A stretch of 63,924 nt of DNA, filler included, from Lama guanicoe (lineage: Eukaryota), in assembly GCA_013239625.1 (NCBI GenBank). It is 212 parts of 212 records of this genome, joined end to end, with 100 filler letters (N's around TTAATTAATTAA, not from the genome) between each part and the next. Parts side by side here need not be neighbours in the genome. Positions count along the whole stretch, not along the records: positions 12,685 to 12,886 come from PNXV01031472.1; positions 12,987 to 13,188 come from PNXV01031473.1; positions 13,289 to 13,490 come from PNXV01031474.1; positions 13,591 to 13,792 come from PNXV01031475.1; positions 13,893 to 14,094 come from PNXV01031476.1; positions 14,195 to 14,396 come from PNXV01031477.1; positions 14,497 to 14,698 come from PNXV01031478.1; positions 14,799 to 15,000 come from PNXV01031479.1; 204 more parts are not named here. One strand, 5' to 3'. Below the pieces are notes generated by a model. It was not told the DNA's origin, searched no databases, and saw only the letters and a program-made list of their open reading frames with translations. Positions 12,871 through 24,362 of this stretch are shown here, in pieces. The stretch's first letter is position 1. Each line of letters opens with the position of its first letter. The translations under genes and the position numbers were made by a program.

Positions 12871-12986
12871 GTCCGGTGAAAAAATANNNNNNNNNNNNNN
12901 NNNNNNNNNNNNNNNNNNNNNNNNNNNNNNTTAATTAATTAANNNNNNNNNNNNNNNNNNNNNNNNNNNNNNNNNNNNNNNNNNNN

Positions 12987-13188
12987 TTTGCAAGGTAGGT
13001 CCTGCACAATGTGGTTCCTCTTTGCACCCTTCCCCTTATTTTTCATCATTCCTATTCTGCAGTCATCCTCGTAACGTACTCTATCCATCCAATCTGGGAA
13101 ACTTTGTGTATAACATCTCCTCCCCTCTTCTCCTTTTGTTTGTCCCAGTTCTACCTGCTTTTAATCATCCTTTATGGCATATATTTAT
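12987..13188 (+). repeat. Near-identical contig pair B, copy 1 (partner 15403-15604)
   Basis: 4 substitutions, first at offset 50 and last at offset 153. Confidence 0.97.
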
Positions 13189-13288
13189 NNNNNNNNNNNN
13201 NNNNNNNNNNNNNNNNNNNNNNNNNNNNNNNNTTAATTAATTAANNNNNNNNNNNNNNNNNNNNNNNNNNNNNNNNNNNNNNNNNNNN

Positions 13289-13490
13289 TTTTTGAAAAAC
13301 ATCCATACGGTTTTCCATGGTGGCTATGCCAATTTATCCTGCCACCACCGGTGAGTGAGGCGTCCTTTTTCTCCACATCCTCACCAACTATATTTGTTGT
13401 CTTTTTGGTAATAGCCATTCTGACAAGTGTGAAGTGCTATTGCACAGTGGTTTTGATTTGCATTTCCCTGATGATTAGTGACATTGACCA
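13289..13490 (-). mobile_element. LINE-1 ORF2 3' fragment
   Basis: TTTTCTCCACATCCTCACCAAC...AATAGCCATTCTGACAAGTGTGAAGTG...TTTGATTTGCATTTCCCTGATGATTAGTGA. Confidence 0.9.
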
Positions 13491-14194
13491 NNNNNNNNNN
13501 NNNNNNNNNNNNNNNNNNNNNNNNNNNNNNNNNNTTAATTAATTAANNNNNNNNNNNNNNNNNNNNNNNNNNNNNNNNNNNNNNNNNNNNAGGGCCTTGT
13601 ATGCTTCTTCTCTTTCATTTTTCTAACACTCATTCTCCTAGGCCTTCCATATCCTCCCCCAGAAGTGCCCAGGGATGGCTTGGTGCTGCGCTGAGGCAAT
13701 ATTTGTTTATAAGGCTCTTTCCCCATCTTTTGTGAGCCTCCGTTTCCTTCTTTGCACAATGAGGGCTTAGACTAGATAAGTGCTTTTCAGTTNNNNNNNN
13801 NNNNNNNNNNNNNNNNNNNNNNNNNNNNNNNNNNNNTTAATTAATTAANNNNNNNNNNNNNNNNNNNNNNNNNNNNNNNNNNNNNNNNNNNNCTAACCAC
13901 ATAGGACATGGTCATCCATTTCTCTCCTTTCCAGCAAGCTCATTCTCAGTTTTCAAACCCACCCTTGTCCCTCCTATAGGAAAAACAGACACAAACAAAT
14001 CCGGGGCCTTGACATCTCCCCTTATCATTCAAACATCTCTTTGATGCAATGGAGTAAGGGAGCCCTCCATGGCTAGCTAACTCCACTCACCCCCNNNNNN
14101 NNNNNNNNNNNNNNNNNNNNNNNNNNNNNNNNNNNNNNTTAATTAATTAANNNNNNNNNNNNNNNNNNNNNNNNNNNNNNNNNNNNNNNNNNNN

Positions 14195-14396
14195 CTCTAA
14201 TTTGAAAAATACATGCACCCCTCTGTTCATAGAAGCACTATTTCCAATAGCTAAGATATAGAAACAACCTAAATGTGCATGGACAGATGAATGAGTAAAG
14301 AAGACATAGTATATATAATATATATATATATATGAATATATATGAATATATATATATGAATATTACTCTGCCATTAAAAAGAATGAAATAATGCCA
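14195..14396 (+). mobile_element. LINE-1 ORF2 end with an internal (TA)n expansion
   Basis: ACATGCACCCCTCTGTTCATAGAAGCACTATTT...AAAAAGAATGAAATAATGCCA, with (TA)n at about 14310-14360. Confidence 0.9.
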
Positions 14397-15100
14397 NNNN
14401 NNNNNNNNNNNNNNNNNNNNNNNNNNNNNNNNNNNNNNNNTTAATTAATTAANNNNNNNNNNNNNNNNNNNNNNNNNNNNNNNNNNNNNNNNNNNNGGAC
14501 CCCTCTCTATGTGACGTGCAGAAGTTCAGCTAGAAAGTGAAAAATACAGTCTATCATCCAGAGGTGTTTTTCTACGTGTTGCCTGTTCTGTGGCTGCGTG
14601 TGACCGTCGAGGTGAGGGACTGACTTTTGAGCTCTTTATTAACCCATTGCAGCCAGCCCAGGTTGGCCCACATGGGCAGAGCGAGGTGAGAAGCTGGGNN
14701 NNNNNNNNNNNNNNNNNNNNNNNNNNNNNNNNNNNNNNNNNNTTAATTAATTAANNNNNNNNNNNNNNNNNNNNNNNNNNNNNNNNNNNNNNNNNNNNTA
14801 AAATGTTTCATGAAATTTGCTATGAAGGGAAACTTTTTCTTTTTATTATTATTTATTTTTTCCTTTTTCAGTGTTATTAGGTAAAGTTATTACAGTTCAA
14901 CTGCACATACGCATTATATTGCATGTAAATACATTATACAGTACACTGCACTTTTTTTAGTTTTCATATGTGTATGAGTTATTGTTTCTAAGAACAGATT
15001 NNNNNNNNNNNNNNNNNNNNNNNNNNNNNNNNNNNNNNNNNNNNTTAATTAATTAANNNNNNNNNNNNNNNNNNNNNNNNNNNNNNNNNNNNNNNNNNNN

Positions 15101-15302
15101 TGCCACCCACGCGCCGCGACCCCTCCCCCCGTCCAGGGCCCCGCCCTCGCCCCGCGGACGCATCGCCGATTGGTCCGCGGACTACTGGGGCGGGGCCTCC
15201 GCTGCCCGCGGCCTGGACGGGCGACACAGTTCTGATTGGTGAATGGACGGGAGGGGGCAGGGCGAGAGCGGATGCGCTGGGTCCAATGCAAATCAGCAGA
15301 TT
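15101..15302. promoter_or_regulatory. CpG-island promoter fragment with three CCAAT boxes, GC boxes and an octamer
   Basis: ATTGG at 15169 and 15235, CCAAT at 15283, GGGGCGGGGC at 15187-15196, ATGCAAAT at 15286-15293; CpG-dense. Confidence 0.75.
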
Positions 15303-15402
15303 NNNNNNNNNNNNNNNNNNNNNNNNNNNNNNNNNNNNNNNNNNNNTTAATTAATTAANNNNNNNNNNNNNNNNNNNNNNNNNNNNNNNNNNNNNNNNNN
15401 NN

Positions 15403-15604
15403 TTTGCAAGGTAGGTCCTGCACAATGTGGTTCCTCTTTGCACCCTTCCCCGTATTTTTCATCATTCCTATTCTGCAGTCATCCTCGTAACGTAATCTAT
15501 CCATCCAATCTGGGAAACTGTGTGTATAACATCTCCTCCCCTCTTCTCCTTTTGCTTGTCCCAGTTCTACCTGCTTTTAATCATCCTTTATGGCATATAT
15601 TTAT
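15403..15604 (+). repeat. Near-identical contig pair B, copy 2
   Basis: Matches 12987-13188 with 4 substitutions. Confidence 0.97.
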
Positions 15605-16308
15605 NNNNNNNNNNNNNNNNNNNNNNNNNNNNNNNNNNNNNNNNNNNNTTAATTAATTAANNNNNNNNNNNNNNNNNNNNNNNNNNNNNNNNNNNNNNNN
15701 NNNNACTTTGGTGCTAAATGAGAACCTTGTAAATTTTTCTTCCTCTGATGGACATATAAAGATCTTCCAAATCTTTGCTTCAGTGAAAAGAGTATGGACT
15801 TCCCACACCTCCAGGCTTGTGTTCCAGTCCTACCAGGTCTGTGACCAGGGGTGCATATTTAATTTCTCTGTGCTTCAGTTTCCTTCCCCATGAATAAGAT
15901 AATCATNNNNNNNNNNNNNNNNNNNNNNNNNNNNNNNNNNNNNNNNNNNNTTAATTAATTAANNNNNNNNNNNNNNNNNNNNNNNNNNNNNNNNNNNNNN
16001 NNNNNNCCTGTTTATTTTTGGCTTCTCTTAGGTCTCCCCACCCTTAAAACTAATCCACCTCTGGTCAAACATACCTTTAAACTTTGTATGGCTAACAGCT
16101 TCCACCTAAAATACTGTCTAGTGATGAAAGTGAAACGTGCCCTTTCTTTGTGCCCTAACATGTCGAGCACGTAACTGATGACAAATGTGAATACAGGCCT
16201 GGGGAAAGNNNNNNNNNNNNNNNNNNNNNNNNNNNNNNNNNNNNNNNNNNNNTTAATTAATTAANNNNNNNNNNNNNNNNNNNNNNNNNNNNNNNNNNNN
16301 NNNNNNNN

Positions 16309-16510
16309 TGTTGTATATTCATGGATAGATAAACTGGCAACGCCCCTTTCCAGGACAGCTTTCAAGCTCTCCTCCCACCTCCCTGTCACTTTTGTTGGCA
16401 AGTCTTCCCAGGTATTCCTGTCCTTAAAAGATGTTAACGGACTCCTGAGATTGACATGCTACTAGTCACATTTTAGTTTGGTTAGTCTAAAAGGACCCAG
16501 TGAAGTCAAC
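16309..16510 (+). repeat. Near-identical contig pair C, copy 1 (partner 16913-17114)
   Basis: 4 transitions, first at offset 50 and last at offset 153. Confidence 0.97.
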
Positions 16511-16912
16511 NNNNNNNNNNNNNNNNNNNNNNNNNNNNNNNNNNNNNNNNNNNNTTAATTAATTAANNNNNNNNNNNNNNNNNNNNNNNNNNNNNNNNNN
16601 NNNNNNNNNNAATTGAGCATTTCAGCTCCTTAAATCCTCACACCCTCGTGGAGCTGAGAAGGTGAATCAGAATGTCGCTGAGGTAGGAAGTGGGATTCAG
16701 AGGAGTTCAGTCATGGCCGGATGGCCCAGCCTCTGAACCCATGTTCACACGTCCCACGCCTGTTCGGCCACCCAGCCACCCGCCCCAGGGTTACCTGGAC
16801 AGATGCCCTTTTNNNNNNNNNNNNNNNNNNNNNNNNNNNNNNNNNNNNNNNNNNNNTTAATTAATTAANNNNNNNNNNNNNNNNNNNNNNNNNNNNNNNN
16901 NNNNNNNNNNNN

Positions 16913-17114
16913 TGTTGTATATTCATGGATAGATAAACTGGCAACGCCCCTTTCCAGGACAACTTTCAAGCTCTCCTCCCACCTCCCCGTCACTTTTGTT
17001 GGCAAGTCTTCCCAGGTATTCCTGTCCTTAAAAGACGTTAACGGACTCCTGAGATTGACATGCTGCTAGTCACATTTTAGTTTGGTTAGTCTAAAAGGAC
17101 CCAGTGAAGTCAAC
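16913..17114 (+). repeat. Near-identical contig pair C, copy 2
   Basis: Matches 16309-16510 with 4 substitutions. Confidence 0.97.
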
Positions 17115-17818
17115 NNNNNNNNNNNNNNNNNNNNNNNNNNNNNNNNNNNNNNNNNNNNTTAATTAATTAANNNNNNNNNNNNNNNNNNNNNNNNNNNNNN
17201 NNNNNNNNNNNNNNTGAGGCCCCAGGGTGGTGGTGGCCCTGGCTGGCACCAGGAATTCGTTCAGTAACCAAAAATGTTGATCTTGCTCTGCATCTCTGCA
17301 TCGGATGAATGCTGCTTCCAGCTTTCTGGGGAAGGGTGGCTTCATTTTGGTTTTCAAATTCTGCCGTCTAAACCCAACCTGAAAGTTTTGGTAATTTTTT
17401 TGGTAGTTTTTTTTTTNNNNNNNNNNNNNNNNNNNNNNNNNNNNNNNNNNNNNNNNNNNNTTAATTAATTAANNNNNNNNNNNNNNNNNNNNNNNNNNNN
17501 NNNNNNNNNNNNNNNNGAACCAAAATACAGTCTGCAGTTAGTGGAGATCAAATGACGGTCCCCTCGTGTCTGCCTGGCTCGAAGAGGCCACCAGTCCACA
17601 GCCTCCCTCCAGCACCTTGGGGGACCAGATGGAGGTGCGTTCTACACAGGGATGGGGCTCTCCATGCAACCCCCACTCCCATCCCAGGGACCCGTCTTTG
17701 GCGTGCCTCCCACCCCTTNNNNNNNNNNNNNNNNNNNNNNNNNNNNNNNNNNNNNNNNNNNNTTAATTAATTAANNNNNNNNNNNNNNNNNNNNNNNNNN
17801 NNNNNNNNNNNNNNNNNN

Positions 17819-18020
17819 CACGGCCAGCCCCCATCCTGCTTTCACCCACGTCCCTGAGGGGCGTGGCGGGCAGGACAGAGGCCCCTCCGACTCCCTCCCG
17901 ATGGCTTCCGCGCAGGCGCAGGCTGACCACGCCCCGGCCACCCCGCCGCGCGCGTGGTCCTCGCGCATCCATCCTCCGACGGATGCAGCGAGGCCCTGGG
18001 GCATCCCGAACTCAGTGTTC
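17819..18020. promoter_or_regulatory. CpG-island promoter fragment with NRF1-like and KLF/SP motifs
   Basis: GCGCAGGCGCA at 17910-17920, CCACGCCC at 17927-17934; CpG-dense. Confidence 0.65.
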
Positions 18021-20286
18021 NNNNNNNNNNNNNNNNNNNNNNNNNNNNNNNNNNNNNNNNNNNNTTAATTAATTAANNNNNNNNNNNNNNNNNNNNNNNN
18101 NNNNNNNNNNNNNNNNNNNNGCAAGAGTTTTGATTAAAGTCCAGAATCTCTTAATAGCGAGTGATGGCACGTGAGGCAGAACTCATTTCCTTTTGATGCT
18201 CACACATAATTCCATTCCTAGTGGCAGAAATCACGGGTTTAATAGTGCCCTGAATCTCTGCTGACAAAGTCCTTTCCCTAACACGACTTTCCCTGTAGAA
18301 GGGACTCTCTCAATGACATCGANNNNNNNNNNNNNNNNNNNNNNNNNNNNNNNNNNNNNNNNNNNNTTAATTAATTAANNNNNNNNNNNNNNNNNNNNNN
18401 NNNNNNNNNNNNNNNNNNNNNNAAAAAAAATCAGTACTTTCCAAATTATAATTACTTTCACATTTTTAAGATCTGATTCTCCCCATGGGCTGCATAACTT
18501 CAGTTTAAGGTGGGTTATGTTGGTGGCTATCATGATATAGAAATATTCACAAACTGATATTCTCAGGACCTTCGGTAAGACCAAAGAGATATTTCCTTCC
18601 TCAGGTAAAATGTCAAAAAAAAAANNNNNNNNNNNNNNNNNNNNNNNNNNNNNNNNNNNNNNNNNNNNTTAATTAATTAANNNNNNNNNNNNNNNNNNNN
18701 NNNNNNNNNNNNNNNNNNNNNNNNTCAACACAATCATTTTCTCATCAGAAAACTCAGAATGGTGTTATGATGCTTCCGGTGATCAGTTCTATGGAGGGTA
18801 GTGGGTAGATCGCTTTATTTCAAGGTGTGGTCTTCTTGGTAATTCAGGGTATTTTATAAGGTGACAGTCCTGTGACCAGACCTTCTTCTTGGAGAAGGAC
18901 TCAGAGACCCAGCATGATGATGACTTNNNNNNNNNNNNNNNNNNNNNNNNNNNNNNNNNNNNNNNNNNNNTTAATTAATTAANNNNNNNNNNNNNNNNNN
19001 NNNNNNNNNNNNNNNNNNNNNNNNNNGGAGGCGCCCGTGAGTGGCTGGGGGTTTTGTTGCTGTCTGGGGTTTTGACTTCTCCATAGTTCTCCTTCTGCCT
19101 AATTCCAGCGTGAGGCGAGCCCCGGGCAGCCCTACGTGCAGGTTAGAGCAGAAGCATCCCCTTTGTCGTCAGTGTGGACCTGCACAGGGAGGGAGGGAGT
19201 CAGAGAGTTTGCTAACTTGGAGTAGTTCNNNNNNNNNNNNNNNNNNNNNNNNNNNNNNNNNNNNNNNNNNNNTTAATTAATTAANNNNNNNNNNNNNNNN
19301 NNNNNNNNNNNNNNNNNNNNNNNNNNNNCTGCTACCTCAAATTTGGCAGCTCGGATCTTGGTCTCAGAATCAATTGTAGGGATATTTTGTGCTGAAATCT
19401 TTGAGTTCTGTGCGCCAAAAATCTGCTGTGCACTCTTCTAACACTCAACGTATCACCTTCAATCCCATGTCTACTATAGGCTTGAGAGTGTTCGTACAAT
19501 TAAAACAGAGTTTCACCTTTGCTGCTCCATNNNNNNNNNNNNNNNNNNNNNNNNNNNNNNNNNNNNNNNNNNNNTTAATTAATTAANNNNNNNNNNNNNN
19601 NNNNNNNNNNNNNNNNNNNNNNNNNNNNNNCTGCTTCTCAGCAGATGTTTGCTTTCTGTGATGGTGCCAGGCTTTGTGCGGGGTCGGGGGGTCGGGTAGG
19701 TCAAAGATGGCTAAATTGGGGGCCTCTAGGGGCTCTGTCTAGATAGGGAGATAGACGTGTGAACAGGCAGTTAGCGGGGAGTGGGGTGAGGACAGAGCCA
19801 GGGTCGTATGGCGTGTAGGGGAGCAGAGGAACNNNNNNNNNNNNNNNNNNNNNNNNNNNNNNNNNNNNNNNNNNNNTTAATTAATTAANNNNNNNNNNNN
19901 NNNNNNNNNNNNNNNNNNNNNNNNNNNNNNNNGAGAATCAAAGACAATTTTAATTGTTTTCTAGGATGATTTTTAGAATAGCCTAGGGAATATACTTAGG
20001 AAATACATTATAAATCTTCCCACATTGTTTTTTCCAAAATATAGTAGGTCCACTTTTACAGGTAAGTCATTTGTTCATTAAATATATGTTTTGTTCTTAT
20101 GTGTGGAATTTAATATTTCACCATGTGGAAAACTNNNNNNNNNNNNNNNNNNNNNNNNNNNNNNNNNNNNNNNNNNNNTTAATTAATTAANNNNNNNNNN
20201 NNNNNNNNNNNNNNNNNNNNNNNNNNNNNNNNNNATAAAAAGTCATAGAAAAAGAGTTCACCGAAGAAGTACAAATAGCCCAAAGT

Positions 20287-20400
20287 GGGGGGGAAGGTTT
20301 ATAGCTCAAGGCCCTGAGTTCAATCCCTAGGGCCTGCATTAAAAATAAATTAAATAAATAAACCCTAATGACTTCTCCAAAAAAAAAAAACAAACAAAAA
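20287..20400 (+). mobile_element. tRNA-derived SINE, camelid Vic-1-like, internally deleted, inserted into an old L1
   Basis: GGGG..GGTTTATAGCTCAAG (A-box start), GAGTTCAATCCC (B box), (TAAA)n-CCCTAATGACTTCTCC and poly-A tail. An approximate TSD AGCCCAAA flanks both sides. Confidence 0.75.
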
Positions 20401-20536
20401 AAAGCCCAAAATTTATGAATGATGCAGTCATATTAGNNNNNNNNNNNNNNNNNNNNNNNNNNNNNNNNNNNNNNNNNNNNTTAATTAATTAANNNNNNNN
20501 NNNNNNNNNNNNNNNNNNNNNNNNNNNNNNNNNNNN

Positions 20537-20738
20537 CCCTGCCCTTAGACTGACCTGAGCCACCATTATCTCTGACTGGGACCACCTCAGAAGCTTTCTT
20601 GTTAGTCTCCTACTTTCAGTCTTACTCCCTGCTAATCTTCTTTTTCACACTCCAATCAAAATCATCTTATAATACAAATTTCATGATGGCTGTCCTCTAG
20701 TAAAAATCCTTAAATAATTTCAAATTTCTTTGAAAGGA
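20537..20738 (+). mobile_element. L2 remnant
   Basis: CCACCATTATCTCTGACTGGGACCACC...TAGTCTCCTACTTTCAGTCTTACTCCCT...CACACTCCAATCAAAATCATCTT. Confidence 0.55.
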
Positions 20739-21140
20739 NNNNNNNNNNNNNNNNNNNNNNNNNNNNNNNNNNNNNNNNNNNNTTAATTAATTAANNNNNN
20801 NNNNNNNNNNNNNNNNNNNNNNNNNNNNNNNNNNNNNNGTCTTATAATATCACTCAAGCTCAATCAAGGCAACAAACAAAATTTCAGTCAAAGAATATAA
20901 CTTCCCTCAATTATGGAAAAGACTTGTATAGTTAATATCAGGGTATGGACATGTAAGCTTAAAGGTTCTCTTATGTTTGGAAAAAATTTTAAAAATTGAA
21001 CTATACTATGGATAAGCAACCTAATAACACTAGGAAATTTNNNNNNNNNNNNNNNNNNNNNNNNNNNNNNNNNNNNNNNNNNNNTTAATTAATTAANNNN
21101 NNNNNNNNNNNNNNNNNNNNNNNNNNNNNNNNNNNNNNNN

Positions 21141-21342
21141 GCAATGCTTTCAGGCACCTGGCAACATCTATTAAAACTGTAACTGTTCACTCCATGTGAC
21201 CCAGCAGATTCCACTTGTAGAAATTTACCTGAAAGAGACATTCAGGGAAGTGCACAATGATATCTGGACAGAATACCCATTACAGCATTTTAGTAATTAC
21301 AAACAATGAGAAATAAAACAAAATGTCCACCAGTAGAGGATG
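21141..21342 (+). mobile_element. Old L1 (L1ME-like) ORF2 3' fragment
   Basis: GTGACCCAGCAGATTCCACTTGTAGAAATTTACCT...AAATGTCCACCAGTAGAGGA. Confidence 0.7.
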
Positions 21343-21744
21343 NNNNNNNNNNNNNNNNNNNNNNNNNNNNNNNNNNNNNNNNNNNNTTAATTAATTAANN
21401 NNNNNNNNNNNNNNNNNNNNNNNNNNNNNNNNNNNNNNNNNNATTAGTTTAAAGATTAGGACCAAGATGAGAATATTTGATTGTTTCTTTTTTGCACTGA
21501 CCTGCAGCCTCCATTATTCAGGGACCACATCTGGATTTGCTCAGCACTGAGCCCTCCCGGCCCCGCTGTGCCTTGCTCTGAGTCAACGCCAGATCTGTGT
21601 AAACATACAAACTCAGGTTTTTCCTTATATGCTGGCATTTGAGGNNNNNNNNNNNNNNNNNNNNNNNNNNNNNNNNNNNNNNNNNNNNTTAATTAATTAA
21701 NNNNNNNNNNNNNNNNNNNNNNNNNNNNNNNNNNNNNNNNNNNN

Positions 21745-21946
21745 AACAGAAACAGACTCACAGACATAGAAAACAAACTTATGGTTATCAGGTGGGGAAG
21801 GGGGTGGGAAGGGATAAACTGGGATTTCTAAATTTGCAGATACTAACTAATATACATAAAATAGACAAATAACAAGCTTATACTATATAGCACAGGGAAC
21901 TATATTCAGTATCCTGTAGTAATCTATGGTAAAAAAGAATATGAAA
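21745..21946 (+). mobile_element. Lineage-specific L1 3' UTR
   Basis: AGAAACAGACTCACAGACATAGAAAACAAACTTATGGTTA...AGCACAGGGAACTATATTCA; a paralogous copy is at 59495-59696. Confidence 0.9.
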
Positions 21947-22348
21947 NNNNNNNNNNNNNNNNNNNNNNNNNNNNNNNNNNNNNNNNNNNNTTAATTAATT
22001 AANNNNNNNNNNNNNNNNNNNNNNNNNNNNNNNNNNNNNNNNNNNNTCACCCCAACTCCCTTCTTTACAACCTCTCCTCTGATGTCAGCTATGGATAGAG
22101 TGGTCTTCATGTTGACTTGGACTCCACACTGACAGTATCTTACCTCACACATGTGCTGCACATCTTGGCTTTCTGCTCCCTGGCAGTTCAATTCAAAAGC
22201 TTATGTGTACATTTCAGAAGTGCAGGGGAGGAAGCACCCCCACAGGCANNNNNNNNNNNNNNNNNNNNNNNNNNNNNNNNNNNNNNNNNNNNTTAATTAA
22301 TTAANNNNNNNNNNNNNNNNNNNNNNNNNNNNNNNNNNNNNNNNNNNN

Positions 22349-22550
22349 GGTATGGTTGGTTGTTGCAGACTTCCTGGTGTAGGATTTCTTTGTTCTTTGA
22401 ATGCTTTGTTCTTACAGCTGTCCACATGGGTCAGACAAAAAGGTCCCTGTAAAACCTCCAACAAAACAGAGGTGATTTTCTACTCTGCAAGTTGTTAACT
22501 TTATAGGAGTGCAAAAGTGTTAATATCCTTAAAGGTCAGAGCCTTCACAA
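22349..22550. mobile_element. ERV1-type LTR fragment (MER41-like)
   Basis: TTGCAGACTTCCTGGTG...CTTTGTTCTTACAGCTGTCCACATGGGTCAG...CCCTGTAAAACCTCCAACAAAACA resembles recalled artiodactyl LTRs. Confidence 0.5.
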
Positions 22551-22779
22551 NNNNNNNNNNNNNNNNNNNNNNNNNNNNNNNNNNNNNNNNNNNNTTAATT
22601 AATTAANNNNNNNNNNNNNNNNNNNNNNNNNNNNNNNNNNNNNNNNNNNNAATAGAATTTTTAAAACCACAGCCATTAGCAAACAGAATCACTGTCACGC
22701 CTCACTGTGAGTCCTGCAGCCATACAAAGCCGCGCTCACTGTCGCTCTCTCCTCCGCGCCCCCTCCACGCCCCCTGATA

Positions 22780-22852
22780 TTTTTTGGTTTTGTTTTTAGA
22801 GTTTTTTTTTTTAAATTGAAGTATAGTTGATTTACAGCTTTGTTAGTTTCAG
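22780..22852 (-). mobile_element. L1 3' terminus with poly-T
   Basis: TTTTTTTTAAATTGAAGTATAGTTGATTTACA...GTTAGTTTCAG. Confidence 0.8.
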
Positions 22853-22952
22853 NNNNNNNNNNNNNNNNNNNNNNNNNNNNNNNNNNNNNNNNNNNNTTAA
22901 TTAATTAANNNNNNNNNNNNNNNNNNNNNNNNNNNNNNNNNNNNNNNNNNNN

Positions 22953-23154
22953 ATCAATCAGTTTGATACAACACATTATAAAAGAAAAAGAGAAAACAGG
23001 TGGTCATCCCAAAAAACCCATAAAAACCATTTCACAATATTCAACATTTATTCATTACAAAAGCACAAGAGCAACAACAACAACAACAGCAACAACAACA
23101 GAAACCTCTTACCAAAGAAGGATTCAGGAAATATATCTCAACATAACTAAAGTC
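22953..23154 (+). mobile_element. Degenerate L1 ORF2 RT fragment with a (CAA)n insertion
   Basis: ATCAATCAGTTTGATACAACACATT...ATTCAACATTTATTCATTACAAA...TATCTCAACATAACTAAAG; (CAA)n at about 23072-23100. Confidence 0.65.
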
Positions 23155-23858
23155 NNNNNNNNNNNNNNNNNNNNNNNNNNNNNNNNNNNNNNNNNNNNTT
23201 AATTAATTAANNNNNNNNNNNNNNNNNNNNNNNNNNNNNNNNNNNNNNNNNNNNGTCGTGAATACGAAAAAGCTCTCTGCCGAGAAAAACTCCTCCCTAA
23301 GAACTGTGTTCTTCGTTTTGTTTTGTGGAAATTCTGTGATTCTGTCCTGAAGGCAACATTCGCAACAGTTCTTCCGGATGGACTGCAACTGAAATCTTTA
23401 AGAACTAATACAAAGGTTAGCGTTACCTCATGCTTTGGGCTAAATACAGTCAGATTNNNNNNNNNNNNNNNNNNNNNNNNNNNNNNNNNNNNNNNNNNNN
23501 TTAATTAATTAANNNNNNNNNNNNNNNNNNNNNNNNNNNNNNNNNNNNNNNNNNNNCTTTACCAGTATAAATAATTACATAGCTACAGGTGAAAGACTAG
23601 AAAATTTGCATCTACTGAGGCAGTTTTGAATCACTCATCCACTTTGGATTCTGACAGCTCAAAATGAACTTAAGATGACTTTCACATATTTCAGCGAAGA
23701 AACCAAACTGAAGGGCCTTGCTATTTCATCTGCTCTTGTTCTGCAATAAAGCGGTAGGNNNNNNNNNNNNNNNNNNNNNNNNNNNNNNNNNNNNNNNNNN
23801 NNTTAATTAATTAANNNNNNNNNNNNNNNNNNNNNNNNNNNNNNNNNNNNNNNNNNNN

Positions 23859-24060
23859 ATCCCCATATCCTGGGTTAACTATAAAATTGTCCCAGTGGTT
23901 CCTGGACGGTGTGGAGTGCAGCTGTGAAGGCTCCCAGATAGTTGTCTGCCTGATCCCGATCCCACCCTGTGAGTAAGTTACTCTATAATAAACTGATCAT
24001 TGCTTATATGCAGCTGCTTGCCTCGGTTTTCATTTTCAAATGCCTTCTCAGTTCGGTGGG
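23859..24060 (+). mobile_element. Probable LTR fragment (TATA box followed by a polyA signal)
   Basis: CTATAAAA at about 23879 and GTAAGTTACTCTATAATAAAC at about 23973-23993, the usual U3-R-U5 arrangement. Confidence 0.45.
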
Positions 24061-24160
24061 NNNNNNNNNNNNNNNNNNNNNNNNNNNNNNNNNNNNNNNN
24101 NNNNTTAATTAATTAANNNNNNNNNNNNNNNNNNNNNNNNNNNNNNNNNNNNNNNNNNNN

Positions 24161-24362
24161 TGGACCCATGTTCTAAGGCTCACCTGATTAGGCCAGGCCC
24201 ACCCATGATCAGCTCCCTTCCGTCAACTCCCAGTGACCAGATGAGGGTCCATAATTAAATTTGCAAAATCCCTTCCCCTTGGGTATATAGTGCAAATTAA
24301 TTAGGAGACTGAGTAGCTCATTAAATTCCCAGGGCACCCATACCAGGAGGCAAGAATCACGG
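24161..24362 (-). mobile_element. MLT1 (MaLR) LTR fragment
   Basis: AAGGCTCACCTGATTAGGCCAGGCCCACCCA..GAT...TAATTAAATTTGCAAAATCCCTT. Confidence 0.7.

Noticed and set aside
19329..19530. Possible minus-strand exon KSAQQIFGAQNSKISAQNIPTIDSETKIRAAKFE
   Set aside because: Weak acceptor (no pyrimidine tract), weak donor, and an unrecognised peptide.
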